From: a virus
Virus record (IMG/VR): IMGVR_UViG_3300046737_000169
Span: 1-64,000 of that record
Length of the DNA: 64,000 nt
Direction: 5' to 3' (one strand)
A program made the position numbers and the translations under genes. Below are positions 1-10,371 of the stretch, one piece after another (positions within the stretch are counted from its first letter, which is position 1; the number at the start of each line of letters is the position of its first letter). Below the pieces are notes generated by a model that did not search any database, was not told the origin of the DNA, and was given only the letters and a program-made list of their open reading frames with translations.

Positions 1-2
1 TG

Positions 3-164
3 GGAGACACGATTACGCACACCGAGGTATTCGGCACCAACGTGAAGGCGCCGGCCTACTGGCTCCCCATTAAAGGGACCGGCCTGCAGATCGTCAAGAC
101 CGGCGCTCCGGCGACCGGCGGCACCTCCATCGACTACGCGATCCACTACGTTTTCGAGGGATGA
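3..164 (+). CDS. 3' end of an upstream virion gene (partial)
   Basis: Open frame from the window edge (GDTITHTEVFGTNVKAPAYWLPIKG...HYVFEG*); TGA overlaps the next ATG (ATGA). Confidence 0.65.
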   Translation, partial: GDTITHTEVFGTNVKAPAYWLPIKGTGLQIVKTGAPATGGTSIDYAIHYVFEG

Positions 165-2065
165 GCCTCTCCGAACTCAAGCAGCGCGCGGTACAGGATC
201 TGAGGGGCTCGTGGACACGGGCCCGTACGGAGCCGAAGGGCTCGCGCGCTCAAAACACCTTCCAGACCAATCGGGCCTCGCGGGCCGAGAACGTGCGCTA
301 CGACGGGGGCCGGGTGATCGGCCGCGACGGGTTCATCCCTGACGACATGGCCACCGGCAAGATGACCATGATGTATCAGTGGCTGGCCTATGGGAGCGTG
401 CCCACCAACTTCCTGGTCACCTTCGAGAATGGCGCGATCCGGGTGCGTGACCTCTACTTCCGGGTCCAGAAGTTTACGGCCGAGGCGTTCCCGCTCGCCT
501 ATGGGGCCACGGTGGTCGAAGGCGCCAACCGGCTCTACATCGCGCTCTACAACAGCGACTTCACGAGCTCCTACGAAACGCGCATCCTCTATCCGACCGC
601 CACGACCGGTTTCATCGACAAAGCCTTCATGGGGCCGATGTCGGTGATGCCGGTCATCTCCGAGCCGTACGCGGGCCTGGTCACCGCGGGCGCGCACAAG
701 TGGGGCTACATCATCACCTCGCGCTCCGGTTCCCAGTTGCTGCCGTCGCCCTACCTGGGCGCGATCTTCTCGCCGGTCCTGTTCACCTCGGCGCCCTCGA
801 AGACGGCGCGCGTGGCGGTGACGGCGCTGTGGCCGGCCGATGCCCAGTTCATCTCGCCGATCATGACCACGATCGAAAATCAGGAGAAGTTTTTCATCGT
901 GCCAGGCACCGAGGCTTCGGTGACTCCGGGGTTCACCTCCACCGTGGAGATGGATGTATCGATCGACGACCAGACGCTCGAGGCAAGCGCTACCGAGGTC
1001 ACCGATCAGTTCCAGTACATGACGCAGATGGGCGGCGTGGGACCATTCAAGCCCTTCAACCTGGCGCAACTGGGCCGGCGCATCGCCTACTTTGTCGGCA
1101 ACAAGGTCTATATCTCGGACCAGGACGACTACGAGCGCGTGACCGAGGACCAGCACGTCCTCCAGGTTCCCGGCCAGAGATGGCTGGTGACCGCCTGCCA
1201 CATCCGCGGAGTGAATTACTTTTTCGGCCCCAAGTGGACGTATGCGGCGGTCGATAACGAAGACGTTCCGGTGCTCTGGGCCGCGCCGTATTCGGTCTCG
1301 CAGACACTGGGCACCACCGCCGTTCACGGCGTGTGCGTGACCACCACCGGCGATATGGCCTGGGTGGCGAACGAGTACGGCCTGTGGGACATGCACGGCG
1401 CCTACGACGACGTGCCGGTCTCGGACATGAACGAGCCCGAGTGGCGGCGCATCAATTGGGGCGTGGCGCAGATCACGCTCTGGATCGTCGACGATCCGAT
1501 CGCCCAGCACGTCTGCGTCTACGCGCCGCTCGATAACGCCACGGTCAATTCGCACCGGCTCACCTGGTCCTACTCGCGCGGGCGCGGCCCCACCCAGGTC
1601 GACTTCTCGCTCGATACGCTGCCGGCTTCCTCGGCGGCAATGGTGCGCGAGACCGCCTCGCAGCGCTCTCGCCTGTGGCAGGGCCCCAACGCCGCCACGC
1701 CGATCCTGATTGAAACCGTGGATGCGCTCGACGACAACGGGGCTCCCATTGTGGCGCTCTGGGAATCGGGCGAAGTCTTCAAGCGGCGGCGCGAGGCGTC
1801 GTCGATCGACATGAAGATCGGCACCATAGAGGCCAAGGTCAAGGGCGCAGGGCTTCTTCGCACGCGGGTGTACGAAGCCGGCCGCGCTCTCTTTGAAGAT
1901 CTCGCCACGATCCCGCTTGCCGAGCTACCGCGCGACTCGATCGAAATGGGGTGCGATGTGATCAGCCACGATGCCACGATCGAATTTAAAACCAACGGGC
2001 TTTCCGAGCGCATGGACCTCAACGACTTCACCGTGTTTTATGTGCCGTGGCTGACAGGCCGGTAA
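161..2065 (+). CDS. Podovirus-type tail tubular/nozzle (head-closure) protein, putative
   Basis: 634 aa, beta-rich with propeller-like segments (RRIAYFVGNKVYISD, VNYFFGPK, DMAWVANEYGLW); lies ahead of fibre and ejection genes. Confidence 0.6.
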   Translation: MSLSELKQRAVQDLRGSWTRARTEPKGSRAQNTFQTNRASRAENVRYDGGRVIGRDGFIPDDMATGKMTMMYQWLAYGSVPTNFLVTFENGAIRVRDLYFRVQKFTAEAFPLAYGATVVEGANRLYIALYNSDFTSSYETRILYPTATTGFIDKAFMGPMSVMPVISEPYAGLVTAGAHKWGYIITSRSGSQLLPSPYLGAIFSPVLFTSAPSKTARVAVTALWPADAQFISPIMTTIENQEKFFIVPGTEASVTPGFTSTVEMDVSIDDQTLEASATEVTDQFQYMTQMGGVGPFKPFNLAQLGRRIAYFVGNKVYISDQDDYERVTEDQHVLQVPGQRWLVTACHIRGVNYFFGPKWTYAAVDNEDVPVLWAAPYSVSQTLGTTAVHGVCVTTTGDMAWVANEYGLWDMHGAYDDVPVSDMNEPEWRRINWGVAQITLWIVDDPIAQHVCVYAPLDNATVNSHRLTWSYSRGRGPTQVDFSLDTLPASSAAMVRETASQRSRLWQGPNAATPILIETVDALDDNGAPIVALWESGEVFKRRREASSIDMKIGTIEAKVKGAGLLRTRVYEAGRALFEDLATIPLAELPRDSIEMGCDVISHDATIEFKTNGLSERMDLNDFTVFYVPWLTGR

Positions 2066-2077
2066 GATAATCGAACA

Positions 2078-2311
2078 ATGGCAGCAGACAAGTTGACGGT
2101 CACGTCGATTCGTCCCGACGTGAACACGATCCGCACGCGCGGCACCTTCGAGCTCGTAGCCGAGGCGCTTGACCGGCTCGATGGCAATATGCAGCGAACC
2201 GCCGGCTTCGTGAACGCGATAGACACCGGGACCACCGTCATTGAGGCGCCGCCGGTCGAGCCGCCGCCCGAGGGGGCCATCATGATCCGCGTGGCGTACG
2301 AGAGCTTATAA
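2078..2311 (+). CDS. Small virion-associated protein
   Basis: 77-aa ORF in a tightly packed operon. Confidence 0.55.
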   Translation: MAADKLTVTSIRPDVNTIRTRGTFELVAEALDRLDGNMQRTAGFVNAIDTGTTVIEAPPVEPPPEGAIMIRVAYESL

Positions 2312-5300
2312 ATGCCGGGTGATGTTTATTACGTAGATAGCGTCGAACGGACTCTCGAGGGCAAGCTCGGCGAGCGCTTCTCGGTCCTCGACGTGTCGAC
2401 CACGGCGGGCAAGGGCACGCTCGACGAAGCGCCGGTATTCCTGAAGGCGTACGACTCCAAGATCACCAAGGGCGGCGGCTCGATCCATGTGCCGGGCGCG
2501 GTGGGAGCCGGCTACCGCCTCGACCAACCGCTGAACCTCAACGGCACCGTGGCGATCGAGTTTGTGGGCGATGGCCGCGCGTCGAAGATTTTTCGCGGCG
2601 CGAACATGCCGGCGGGCAAGGGCGTGCTCGATTTCACCGGCGCCAAGCACCTCACCTTCCGCAAGCTCCTCTTCGACGGCAACGTCACCACCTCGACCAA
2701 GCTCGATTACTCCGCTTTCGGCAATGACCCGGCGCATCCGTCGCTCAGCACCAATTCGATGTTCTGGCTGCGCGGCGCCGAGGACATTACGTTCATCGAT
2801 TGCGACTTTGAACACACCGGCGGCTACTCCCATTACCTCGACGCGCGCAACGCCCTGGTGAAAGGCGTCCGGTTCATCAACTGCCGGTGGACGAACAACC
2901 GCCCGCACATGCTCGGCACGGCCGGCGACCTGGACTACGGGAGTCCCACCGGGGGCATCCTCTATCAGAACCAGGGCACCGGATCGAGCCGCGTAGAGGA
3001 TCTGACGGTGCGCGGCTGCAAGTTCGCGCGCTCGACCGGCCGCGGCGTCTTCGGCCACGGCTACAGCTTCGACACTCCCCATCAGCGCATCCATGTCGAC
3101 AACAATTCATTCGTGGACATGGGGCTCAATGGAATCGTCTTCGGCAACACGAGCGGCGGAAGCGCGATCGGCAACAGCTTCCGGCGGATCGGTTACATCA
3201 CGATGGACGACACCGGGGCGAGCGCGCCCAAGTGGCACCCAGGCAACCGGCCGAGCGGCATCCGGACATTTGGAGTCGTCAAGCTGCTCCCGATCTCATC
3301 GAACGACTTTGTCAGTGTCAACGGCGCGGCGATCGAAGGCGACGGCTACTGCTACGGCGTGATCTCCGGCAATACGATCCGCGTTCCGCACTCGGGCGAG
3401 CCAGAGTACGCCGAGGATACGATCGGCTCGGCCGGCCCAGGCGGCGCCGGGAACTGGATGCAGGGCGTCGTCACCTCGAACACGGCGAACCGCGAGGGCG
3501 GCCAGGCGGTCACGATCTCTGGGAACAGCTTCGACAACGTGGGCGGCTGGAATATCGGCCTCTACGCGGCGAGGAAGTGTCAGGCAATCGGCAACCTGCT
3601 CATCGTTCCGAGCGCGCCCAAGCAAGTGCCGATCATAATCGGCGGCCAGGGCGCCGGGGCGAATCAGATGGCCACCGAAAATCTGGTCACCGAGAACACC
3701 ATTCACTACGCGCCCGCGACAAGTTCGCCGGCCGTGTTTGAAGATCCGACCGACCGGGCCTTCGTTCCCACCGATAGAAACAACGTCATCAAGAACTACA
3801 TCGTGGGCGCGAACGCCTTCGAGTTCCGGCGCGATCCCAACTCGGTCTCGAGCGCGGCGCTGTTCTTCACGACCTCGAGTGTCGCGACCTCGCAAAGCCG
3901 GCATGGGTTGCAGCGCGAGGGCATAGGCAAGGACTCCGCACTCCGGTTCTACGCGCAGGATGGCGACCCATTCGGCTGGCTGCACATGCAGCTTCAGATG
4001 TACCGAGACGCGGGTGCGCGCGGCCCGCTCCTCAACGTGTCCGAGACCGGTCCAGGCCCCCCGGAGATGATCAACGAGGGCGGCGTGATCACCACCGGGC
4101 CGTACACTACGGCCGTATTCGGCAACGCCATGATCACCGGCAAGCTGATGGGCACCGGGTTCCTGGCCTTGAGTGAGAGCTCGTACTGGGATGTCGAAGC
4201 GAACATGCTCCTGGACGACTGGGCCCTGCTGCGCTGGGACAACATAAACAACAAGTGGCAACAGTCGATCTCGACGGCTGACGGCGCGCGGGTCTGGAGC
4301 GACTTCGGCGCAGGCGGCACCGCGGGCATCCCCGGCGGCTTGAACACGCACGTTCAGTTCAACGACAACGGCGCTTTCGGCGGCGTGCAAGAGTTCACTT
4401 ACGACAAGGGCTCAAAACAGTTGACCCTTCACAGCTATGCCTACAACGGCATCACCATGCCGAATGGCGGGTTCCTGGGCGAAAACGTAAACGTCAAAAA
4501 ATATGCCGCGTTCTCCTTTGTGAACGAGGTATTGACTCCGGCGGGCGCCGACACCTTTAACGAAAAGCTGATGCTCTTCGCCGAGGGACCGGGCGGCACA
4601 CTCCGGCTCGTGCGCGGCCTGGGAGACGACAGTTACGTCGACTGGGATCTCCAATGCCGTGGCATTTGGGTTAGCGGCATGAGTCCAAACAAGGACGACA
4701 TTCTAGCCGAGGACGGCAGCGTCAGGGCGCGTTACCTCACCACCAGGGAATCGCTGATCTTCAAGCAACAGCCAGCTTCCCCACTGCCAGAGCTCTCCGC
4801 TTCGGGCGAGACACGTCTCGCCGCCAACGTGGATGGCCAGATGTACATCTCGACCGATGGGCAAAACTGGGGACCGTTCGGCCTGGGCACACCGGCAGGC
4901 GGGCACCGCCAGATCCAGTACAACAACAATGGCGCGTTCGGGGCAGATGCCTCCCTGATGTACCTGCCGGGGCAGATCTTGGACGTGGGCGGCGGGGTTA
5001 GGATGGACAACCTCTGGTTCTACCAATATCCAGGGACCGAGGCCCCGATAGTATCGGCGCGGGGACAGGTGAAGATCTACGCCAATACTGATGGGCTGAT
5101 GTACATCTCGACGGACGGCCAACCCTACGGGCCTTTCAGCCTCACTCCGGCCGGCTCGGACGGCGAGGTCCAGTTCAACAACAAGGGAGCTTTCGGCGCT
5201 TCCGAGTTCTTCTACTGGGACAATCGCCCCGACCACCTTACTCTGTCGATAACTTGCGTGGCGGGACATCCGGCGATCTCGGTGTCAGGCGGCTGGGTGC

Positions 5301-7495
5301 AATCCGAGGGAGGCTTCCTGACGTTCAACACAGAACCTACGGCCATTCAGGCGCCCGAGGGCGGGGTACGCGCGGCGATTGTCAACGCCAGTAAGTATAT
5401 TTCGGTGACGCAGACACCGAACCTTGTGCCATTGGAGAATGACAGCTTGATCGGGAAGGCTGCTCTGTGGTTCAACTCCGCTAACAACTATGCCTACATG
5501 AGCACCTGGGTGGGTCAAGGTTGGGCTTACTGCGGCATGGTGGTGGGCGAACTGGTGGCCGCCCAGCATGTGACCACTTACAACGGACTCGTGTTCATTC
5601 AGCAAGACCCCGCGCCCCCGGTCTCCGGCGCTAACTCAGTGCGGATTTACGCCAACAAGAACGGCCTGATGTACATCTCGACGAACACCGCGCCCTACGG
5701 GCCTTGGGGCGGCAGCGGGCTTCCTGCCGGGGCGAACGAACAGGTGCAGTACAACAAAGGCGGGGTGTTCGGGGCGGACCCAGGCTTCCGCTGGGCCACG
5801 GGAGCCCAGACCGTGTTCCTGACTAACACTGTCGGCAATTACAGCCTCCGCATGAGCCGTCCTTTGACGGACGGCGCGGTCAGGTCAGGTCATGAGTATG
5901 GGTTCGCCGTGATCAGTGACGGGACGTTCATCGTAGATGATCTGACCTTCGGCCAGAGAATGCTGACCTGGGTTCCGGATAATCAGCCGCCGAACGCTCA
6001 AGGTGGATACACCAATGCGTGGACACAGAACTTCGCGCTGCAGGGGACAATGCAGTGCTTCTACGTAAACGCCGTGGGCGGTTACCCAGGCAGCGGCGTT
6101 GCCCCCGTTGTCAACACGATCCAGGCGGCCTATGGCGGGGTGAGCGCCAGATGGCTGACGGCGACCGAGTCCTTGATCTTCTCCATGCGGGCGCAGCCGG
6201 CTAAGTCTGGGCCCAACGAGATTCGCCTCTACGCGGATTCCAATGGGCAGATGTACATCTCGACGAACCAAGCGGCGTGGGGACCGTTGAGCGGCATTGG
6301 GGGAGGCAGCACTCCCGGCGGCGCCCATCTGCAAGTGCAGTACAATCTCGCCGGGGCTTTCGGCGCGTCCGCCGACTTAGTCTTCGATCCCGGCGCTTCA
6401 AAGACTCTGAACATAGGCGGCGGCTCTTCTGACACGGCCAGCCGGCTCATGACCAACTCGACCGGCATGGCCAGAAACCCCTCCACCGGCCAATTTATAC
6501 CCCCGAATAATGCGGCCGGCGACATTCACTGGAGGCTGCATCGCCCGTGGATTCGCTTCTGGGACATTGGCATAGCTTCTAGCGGTCAGTTCGTCATCCG
6601 CGATGGCTCATACAACGACATGGTGGACCTTTCCATTACGTTCACCTCCGAGGCCACCGGGGCTTCGGTAGTCGTATTTACACCGGGGTATTTCCAGTCC
6701 AATGCGGGCTTCCTGACCACCGGCACGGCCTACAGTAGTGTCGATGCCCGCAACGGCGGCGCTCTCGTCCAAACTCTTTCCTTTGCCCGAATGGCGACGG
6801 AGCCGTCGCGATCGAATGCTGCCGGAACTGCGGGCGCGGCGCCGTACGGAGACGTGAAGCTCTATGCCAACACGAACGGCCAGATGTATATCTCGACCAA
6901 CGGGGCTGCGTATGGGCCGTTTGGCGGCGGTGGCGGTGGCGGCACGCCCGGTGGGGCCGCCACGCAGGTGCAGTTCAATAAGGCGGGCACGTTTGGCGGG
7001 GATGGCGATTTCACCTTCAGCCCAGAGACTTCGGCGGGGGCAAACAACGCAAATTTGAACCTCTGGGGTTATATGCGGTTTGATATGCCCAACGGACGTT
7101 CCTGGCAGATGCATTCGGCCGGGGCCTCCGGACAGAACGCCAAATTCTACATCAGGGACGAGACGTGGGGTCACGACGTATTAGTGTTAGTGCCTAGCTC
7201 TTCACAGTTCAGTGCCGCGGCGGTCTTCGTCTACACGCCTGGATATTTTGAAAGTGCGGCTGGGTTCAATGCGGCCGGGACCGGCTACGATGCCTTCCGC
7301 AGTGCCAGCGGCGGGGTGGTTGTCCAATCCCTGCGGGCCAGACTCTACACTCATATCGGCTCGTGGTATGGCGTACCGACTGCGGCTGGCGGTGACACAT
7401 TATTCCCTTCAAATGGGTGTATGTACCATGATGACCAGACCGGCACCATCAAGGTTCGAGTGAATGGTGCGTGGCGAACCATGAGTACTTTCTAA
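2312..7495 (+). CDS. Tail fibre/spike with pectin-lyase-like beta-helix and modular repeats
   Basis: N-terminal ~520 aa show parallel beta-helix signatures (GGSIHVPG, ITFIDCDFEHTGG, VISGNTIR, VTISGNSFDN); six repeats of MYISTxG..GP.G..PxG..QVQ(Y/F)NxxGxFG; C-terminal YHDDQTGTIKVRVNGAW. Confidence 0.8.
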   Translation: MPGDVYYVDSVERTLEGKLGERFSVLDVSTTAGKGTLDEAPVFLKAYDSKITKGGGSIHVPGAVGAGYRLDQPLNLNGTVAIEFVGDGRASKIFRGANMPAGKGVLDFTGAKHLTFRKLLFDGNVTTSTKLDYSAFGNDPAHPSLSTNSMFWLRGAEDITFIDCDFEHTGGYSHYLDARNALVKGVRFINCRWTNNRPHMLGTAGDLDYGSPTGGILYQNQGTGSSRVEDLTVRGCKFARSTGRGVFGHGYSFDTPHQRIHVDNNSFVDMGLNGIVFGNTSGGSAIGNSFRRIGYITMDDTGASAPKWHPGNRPSGIRTFGVVKLLPISSNDFVSVNGAAIEGDGYCYGVISGNTIRVPHSGEPEYAEDTIGSAGPGGAGNWMQGVVTSNTANREGGQAVTISGNSFDNVGGWNIGLYAARKCQAIGNLLIVPSAPKQVPIIIGGQGAGANQMATENLVTENTIHYAPATSSPAVFEDPTDRAFVPTDRNNVIKNYIVGANAFEFRRDPNSVSSAALFFTTSSVATSQSRHGLQREGIGKDSALRFYAQDGDPFGWLHMQLQMYRDAGARGPLLNVSETGPGPPEMINEGGVITTGPYTTAVFGNAMITGKLMGTGFLALSESSYWDVEANMLLDDWALLRWDNINNKWQQSISTADGARVWSDFGAGGTAGIPGGLNTHVQFNDNGAFGGVQEFTYDKGSKQLTLHSYAYNGITMPNGGFLGENVNVKKYAAFSFVNEVLTPAGADTFNEKLMLFAEGPGGTLRLVRGLGDDSYVDWDLQCRGIWVSGMSPNKDDILAEDGSVRARYLTTRESLIFKQQPASPLPELSASGETRLAANVDGQMYISTDGQNWGPFGLGTPAGGHRQIQYNNNGAFGADASLMYLPGQILDVGGGVRMDNLWFYQYPGTEAPIVSARGQVKIYANTDGLMYISTDGQPYGPFSLTPAGSDGEVQFNNKGAFGASEFFYWDNRPDHLTLSITCVAGHPAISVSGGWVQSEGGFLTFNTEPTAIQAPEGGVRAAIVNASKYISVTQTPNLVPLENDSLIGKAALWFNSANNYAYMSTWVGQGWAYCGMVVGELVAAQHVTTYNGLVFIQQDPAPPVSGANSVRIYANKNGLMYISTNTAPYGPWGGSGLPAGANEQVQYNKGGVFGADPGFRWATGAQTVFLTNTVGNYSLRMSRPLTDGAVRSGHEYGFAVISDGTFIVDDLTFGQRMLTWVPDNQPPNAQGGYTNAWTQNFALQGTMQCFYVNAVGGYPGSGVAPVVNTIQAAYGGVSARWLTATESLIFSMRAQPAKSGPNEIRLYADSNGQMYISTNQAAWGPLSGIGGGSTPGGAHLQVQYNLAGAFGASADLVFDPGASKTLNIGGGSSDTASRLMTNSTGMARNPSTGQFIPPNNAAGDIHWRLHRPWIRFWDIGIASSGQFVIRDGSYNDMVDLSITFTSEATGASVVVFTPGYFQSNAGFLTTGTAYSSVDARNGGALVQTLSFARMATEPSRSNAAGTAGAAPYGDVKLYANTNGQMYISTNGAAYGPFGGGGGGGTPGGAATQVQFNKAGTFGGDGDFTFSPETSAGANNANLNLWGYMRFDMPNGRSWQMHSAGASGQNAKFYIRDETWGHDVLVLVPSSSQFSAAAVFVYTPGYFESAAGFNAAGTGYDAFRSASGGVVVQSLRARLYTHIGSWYGVPTAAGGDTLFPSNGCMYHDDQTGTIKVRVNGAWRTMSTF

Positions 7496-7503
7496 GGAGA
7501 TTT

Positions 7504-7929
7504 ATGCACAACATTGTGATTCCCATGAGAGCGCGGCTCTACTTACTCGCGCTGATCGGCCAGGACTCTGGCGGCTTAGAAGATGAGAAGCGGATGACCT
7601 CGACCGACTTACTCTACAAGCTCGAACTGTCCCCCGGAGAAGCGTCTTTGTATGAGACGCCGGTTCCGCAGGGCGGCGCCTATCTGCACCTCGACCGGAT
7701 CGCGCAGGCCGCGCCCCTCTCGGTGGACCTCAGCGGTCCGGAACTGCGGAGAGCGCAGTCCCTGCTCATGGATTGGAAGGGCTACCGTCCCGGCGACGAC
7801 CGCTTCATTCGCCCACTCCTCAAGGACATTCGCACGGCGCTTGAGAGTGAGGAGCCAGGTGGACAGGCCGATGCCCTCCTGCGGGTCACCAACGGCGCAC
7901 CAGTTCCGCGGCAGAAGGCCGCGAGATAG
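7504..7929 (+). CDS. Putative fibre-associated chaperone; paralogue of 28551-28898
   Basis: AAGGAG RBS before ATG 7504; shares the P..R..L...IG / KL.LS..E / VD..G.E / D....P pattern with the gene behind the second fibre. Confidence 0.6.
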   Translation: MHNIVIPMRARLYLLALIGQDSGGLEDEKRMTSTDLLYKLELSPGEASLYETPVPQGGAYLHLDRIAQAAPLSVDLSGPELRRAQSLLMDWKGYRPGDDRFIRPLLKDIRTALESEEPGGQADALLRVTNGAPVPRQKAAR

Positions 7930-7941
7930 AAAGAAGGAACC

Positions 7942-8442
7942 ATGCCAACACCTATGCCGCCAACACCGGCTCCCGTGCCGCCCGCTCCCGTGCCGAAGAC
8001 AATTGATCTGTCGAAGGTCTTCGTTCGCGCCATGCCGGGTTACTTGTACAGCCCGTTCACGAAGAAGCTCTACTACACGAACAACCGGCAGGAAGTCGGA
8101 GCCTCCACGTACGAACGCCCGTGGAGCGTGAGTCCAGGCTACGGATTCGAGACTCCCATTTACCCATTGAACCCGGTGGACTTTCCCACGGCAGAGACGG
8201 CCAACAAGGTGCTTGAGCAGGCACGAGCGTGGTACCCCACGCTTCTCTTTGACGTGATGGCCCCGAAGCCAACCGGGGGCGTCGTCACGCAACTTCAATA
8301 CTGGTTGATCGTTTGGAACGGCGCCGATCTCTATGAGATCTTCTCGTGCGGCTGGTGGGCCTTCGACTGCGACAAGGACGGCGAGACCGCTGCGAAACAG
8401 CAGCGCACCGCCGAGCTTAAGAGCGCCGGATTCTCCGTCTAG
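7942..8442 (+). CDS. Hypothetical protein
   Basis: AAGGA RBS, 166 aa, aromatic-rich. Confidence 0.7.
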   Translation: MPTPMPPTPAPVPPAPVPKTIDLSKVFVRAMPGYLYSPFTKKLYYTNNRQEVGASTYERPWSVSPGYGFETPIYPLNPVDFPTAETANKVLEQARAWYPTLLFDVMAPKPTGGVVTQLQYWLIVWNGADLYEIFSCGWWAFDCDKDGETAAKQQRTAELKSAGFSV

Positions 8443-8546
8443 GGGAGTAAACTTGGTGCAACTTGCTGGAGCCCGGTTGTCCAATTACTCCAGCGAGGCA
8501 GGGCGGCCGACCCGATGCGGCCGCTCTGTAAAAGAAAGGAGCCCGT

Positions 8547-8735
8547 ATGCCAATCATTCAGGTCATGGTGGTCATCATCGTAGTCGGCGTGCTGCTGTAC
8601 TTCGCCAATCTGTATATCCCGATGGCAACGCCGATTAAGCAAATCCTCAACATCGTTGTCATTCTCTTCTTGGTCCTGTGGCTGCTCTCGGTTTTTGGCC
8701 TGCTCCCTGGCGGCACGGTCCCCCGGCTCAAATGA
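8547..8735 (+). CDS. Small two-TM membrane protein (Thivi_2564-like; holin candidate)
   Basis: AAGGAG RBS; two hydrophobic helices separated by YIPMATPIKQ. Confidence 0.7.
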   Translation: MPIIQVMVVIIVVGVLLYFANLYIPMATPIKQILNIVVILFLVLWLLSVFGLLPGGTVPRLK

Positions 8736-8775
8736 CAAATCGTGGTGGTAATGTTTAACGAAAGGATCTAAAGCC

Positions 8776-10359
8776 TTGGCAGCGAAATCCGAGCAATACA
8801 CCCAACAGGACCGAGACTTCGCCATCCGCCGCGGCGACGAACTCAACCAGCAGGCCAAGGACCGCTCTGGCGTAGCGCGCAACCGGCGCGCGAACCAGAT
8901 GGGCTGGCAGGAAGAAGTCTACGGCCCGATGATGACGGGCGGCGGGTACTCGCCTGAAGAGGCCGCGGCGATCCAAGGCGACTACGGCGGCATCGCCACG
9001 ACGCCCGAGGAGTACCAATCAAACCTCCGCACGCAGCAAGAGCAGAATGATTTCGTTGGCGACCCGTGGTCGCGCGCGGCCTACTTCGACAAGGATGCGA
9101 TGGAGGCGCAAACCGCCGGCGACAGCGATCGCGTGCGTGGTGCGATGGGCGGTTACCGCAGCGATGTGCAAGGCGCGCTCGACCCCTACGGTAAAAACCT
9201 GCGAGGGGCTATCGGCGATGAAGCGGCCCAGTCGATCGACCCGGAGTACACCGCGTACCAAAAAGGAGTGATCGGGCGGACCGGTTCTGACCGACGCGCG
9301 GCGGTGGACCCGGCGCTGCTCCGTGCCGATGCCGGTGCGCTCGACACGATCCGCATGAGCCCCGAGGAATATCAACAGACATTGACTGCAGGCGGCAATG
9401 TGATCGGGGAAGGCTATCGCGCCGCGACCGATGATGTCACTCGACGCGCGCGGGCCGCTGGCGTGAACCCTCTCGGCATGGGCGCGATGCGCGATCGCAT
9501 GGAACGGAGTTCGGCTGCCGATCGCGGGGACGCGATGCTCAAGGCGAAGGTTGCCGCTGGTGCGGCTCGCGCCGGCCGCGCGGGGACCGCCGAGGAGATG
9601 CGGCTGCACGGCGAAGAGTCTGCCTCTGACCGGATGGCGCGAGCGGCGATGGAAGCGGGCGACTTTGAGTTCAAGGGCCGGTTCGGCATGGAAGATCAGC
9701 GCCTGGCGGCCGAGAAGGCCAAGCAGGGCGCGCGTCTCCAGGTGGAGAGCGAGCTAGGGAGAGCGGGCCTGGGCGCGGCTTCCGAGCTTGGCAAAGCGGG
9801 TCTCGGCGTCGAAGAGGGCGCCGCGCAACGCGCCCAGCAGCAGCGCCAGTACGGCACCACGCTGGGGACCGAGATGGCGACCGGCATCGAGCGCGACACG
9901 CAGGCGCGCAAGGCGGCGAACACGATGGACCGCCAGGCGCAGGTACGGGCCAACCAGGGCCAGCGTTATGGGCAGGGCATGGGCATCCAGGAAGCCAAGA
10001 GGAGCGGCGCCCTGCAAGTGGCCGAAGGCAAGCGGGCGGACCAGCGCGAGGCGCGCAACTGGCTCAATACCTCGACGGCGCAATCAGCGGCTGAAGAGCA
10101 GGCCGACTACGATCGCGAGCACAACGCTTACTCGCAGCAGGGCGGGCAGATGCAGGGCACCACGCAGGCACAGGCGAACCGCGATGCGCAGCCGAAGTGG
10201 TACGACAAGGTGATCAGCGCCGGTATCGGAGCCGTAGGCGCTGCCTCTGGGGCTGGCCTCATAGGCGGTGCGACGAAGGCAGCAACGAAGATAGCTCCTA
10301 CCGTCGCCAAGACCGCCTTCAAGAACTACGGATACGATCCCTACGGCGATCGCGGGTAA
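8776..10359 (+). CDS. Internal virion/DNA ejection protein
   Basis: Ala/Gln/Gly-rich helical protein with C-terminal amphipathic ISAGIGAVGAASGAGLIG, typical of pilot proteins. Confidence 0.65.
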   Translation: MAAKSEQYTQQDRDFAIRRGDELNQQAKDRSGVARNRRANQMGWQEEVYGPMMTGGGYSPEEAAAIQGDYGGIATTPEEYQSNLRTQQEQNDFVGDPWSRAAYFDKDAMEAQTAGDSDRVRGAMGGYRSDVQGALDPYGKNLRGAIGDEAAQSIDPEYTAYQKGVIGRTGSDRRAAVDPALLRADAGALDTIRMSPEEYQQTLTAGGNVIGEGYRAATDDVTRRARAAGVNPLGMGAMRDRMERSSAADRGDAMLKAKVAAGAARAGRAGTAEEMRLHGEESASDRMARAAMEAGDFEFKGRFGMEDQRLAAEKAKQGARLQVESELGRAGLGAASELGKAGLGVEEGAAQRAQQQRQYGTTLGTEMATGIERDTQARKAANTMDRQAQVRANQGQRYGQGMGIQEAKRSGALQVAEGKRADQREARNWLNTSTAQSAAEEQADYDREHNAYSQQGGQMQGTTQAQANRDAQPKWYDKVISAGIGAVGAASGAGLIGGATKAATKIAPTVAKTAFKNYGYDPYGDRG

Positions 10360-10371
10360 GGAAAGGAAAAC

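Noticed and set aside
2078-2314. In-frame stop-ATG junctions (2311/2312, 23772/23773, 32822/32823, 41242/41241) suggesting readthrough or recoding
   Set aside because: All three stop codons end genes normally elsewhere; translational coupling explains these junctions
8547-8735. Complete lysis cassette
   Set aside because: Only a holin-sized membrane protein; no recognisable endolysin or spanin in the window
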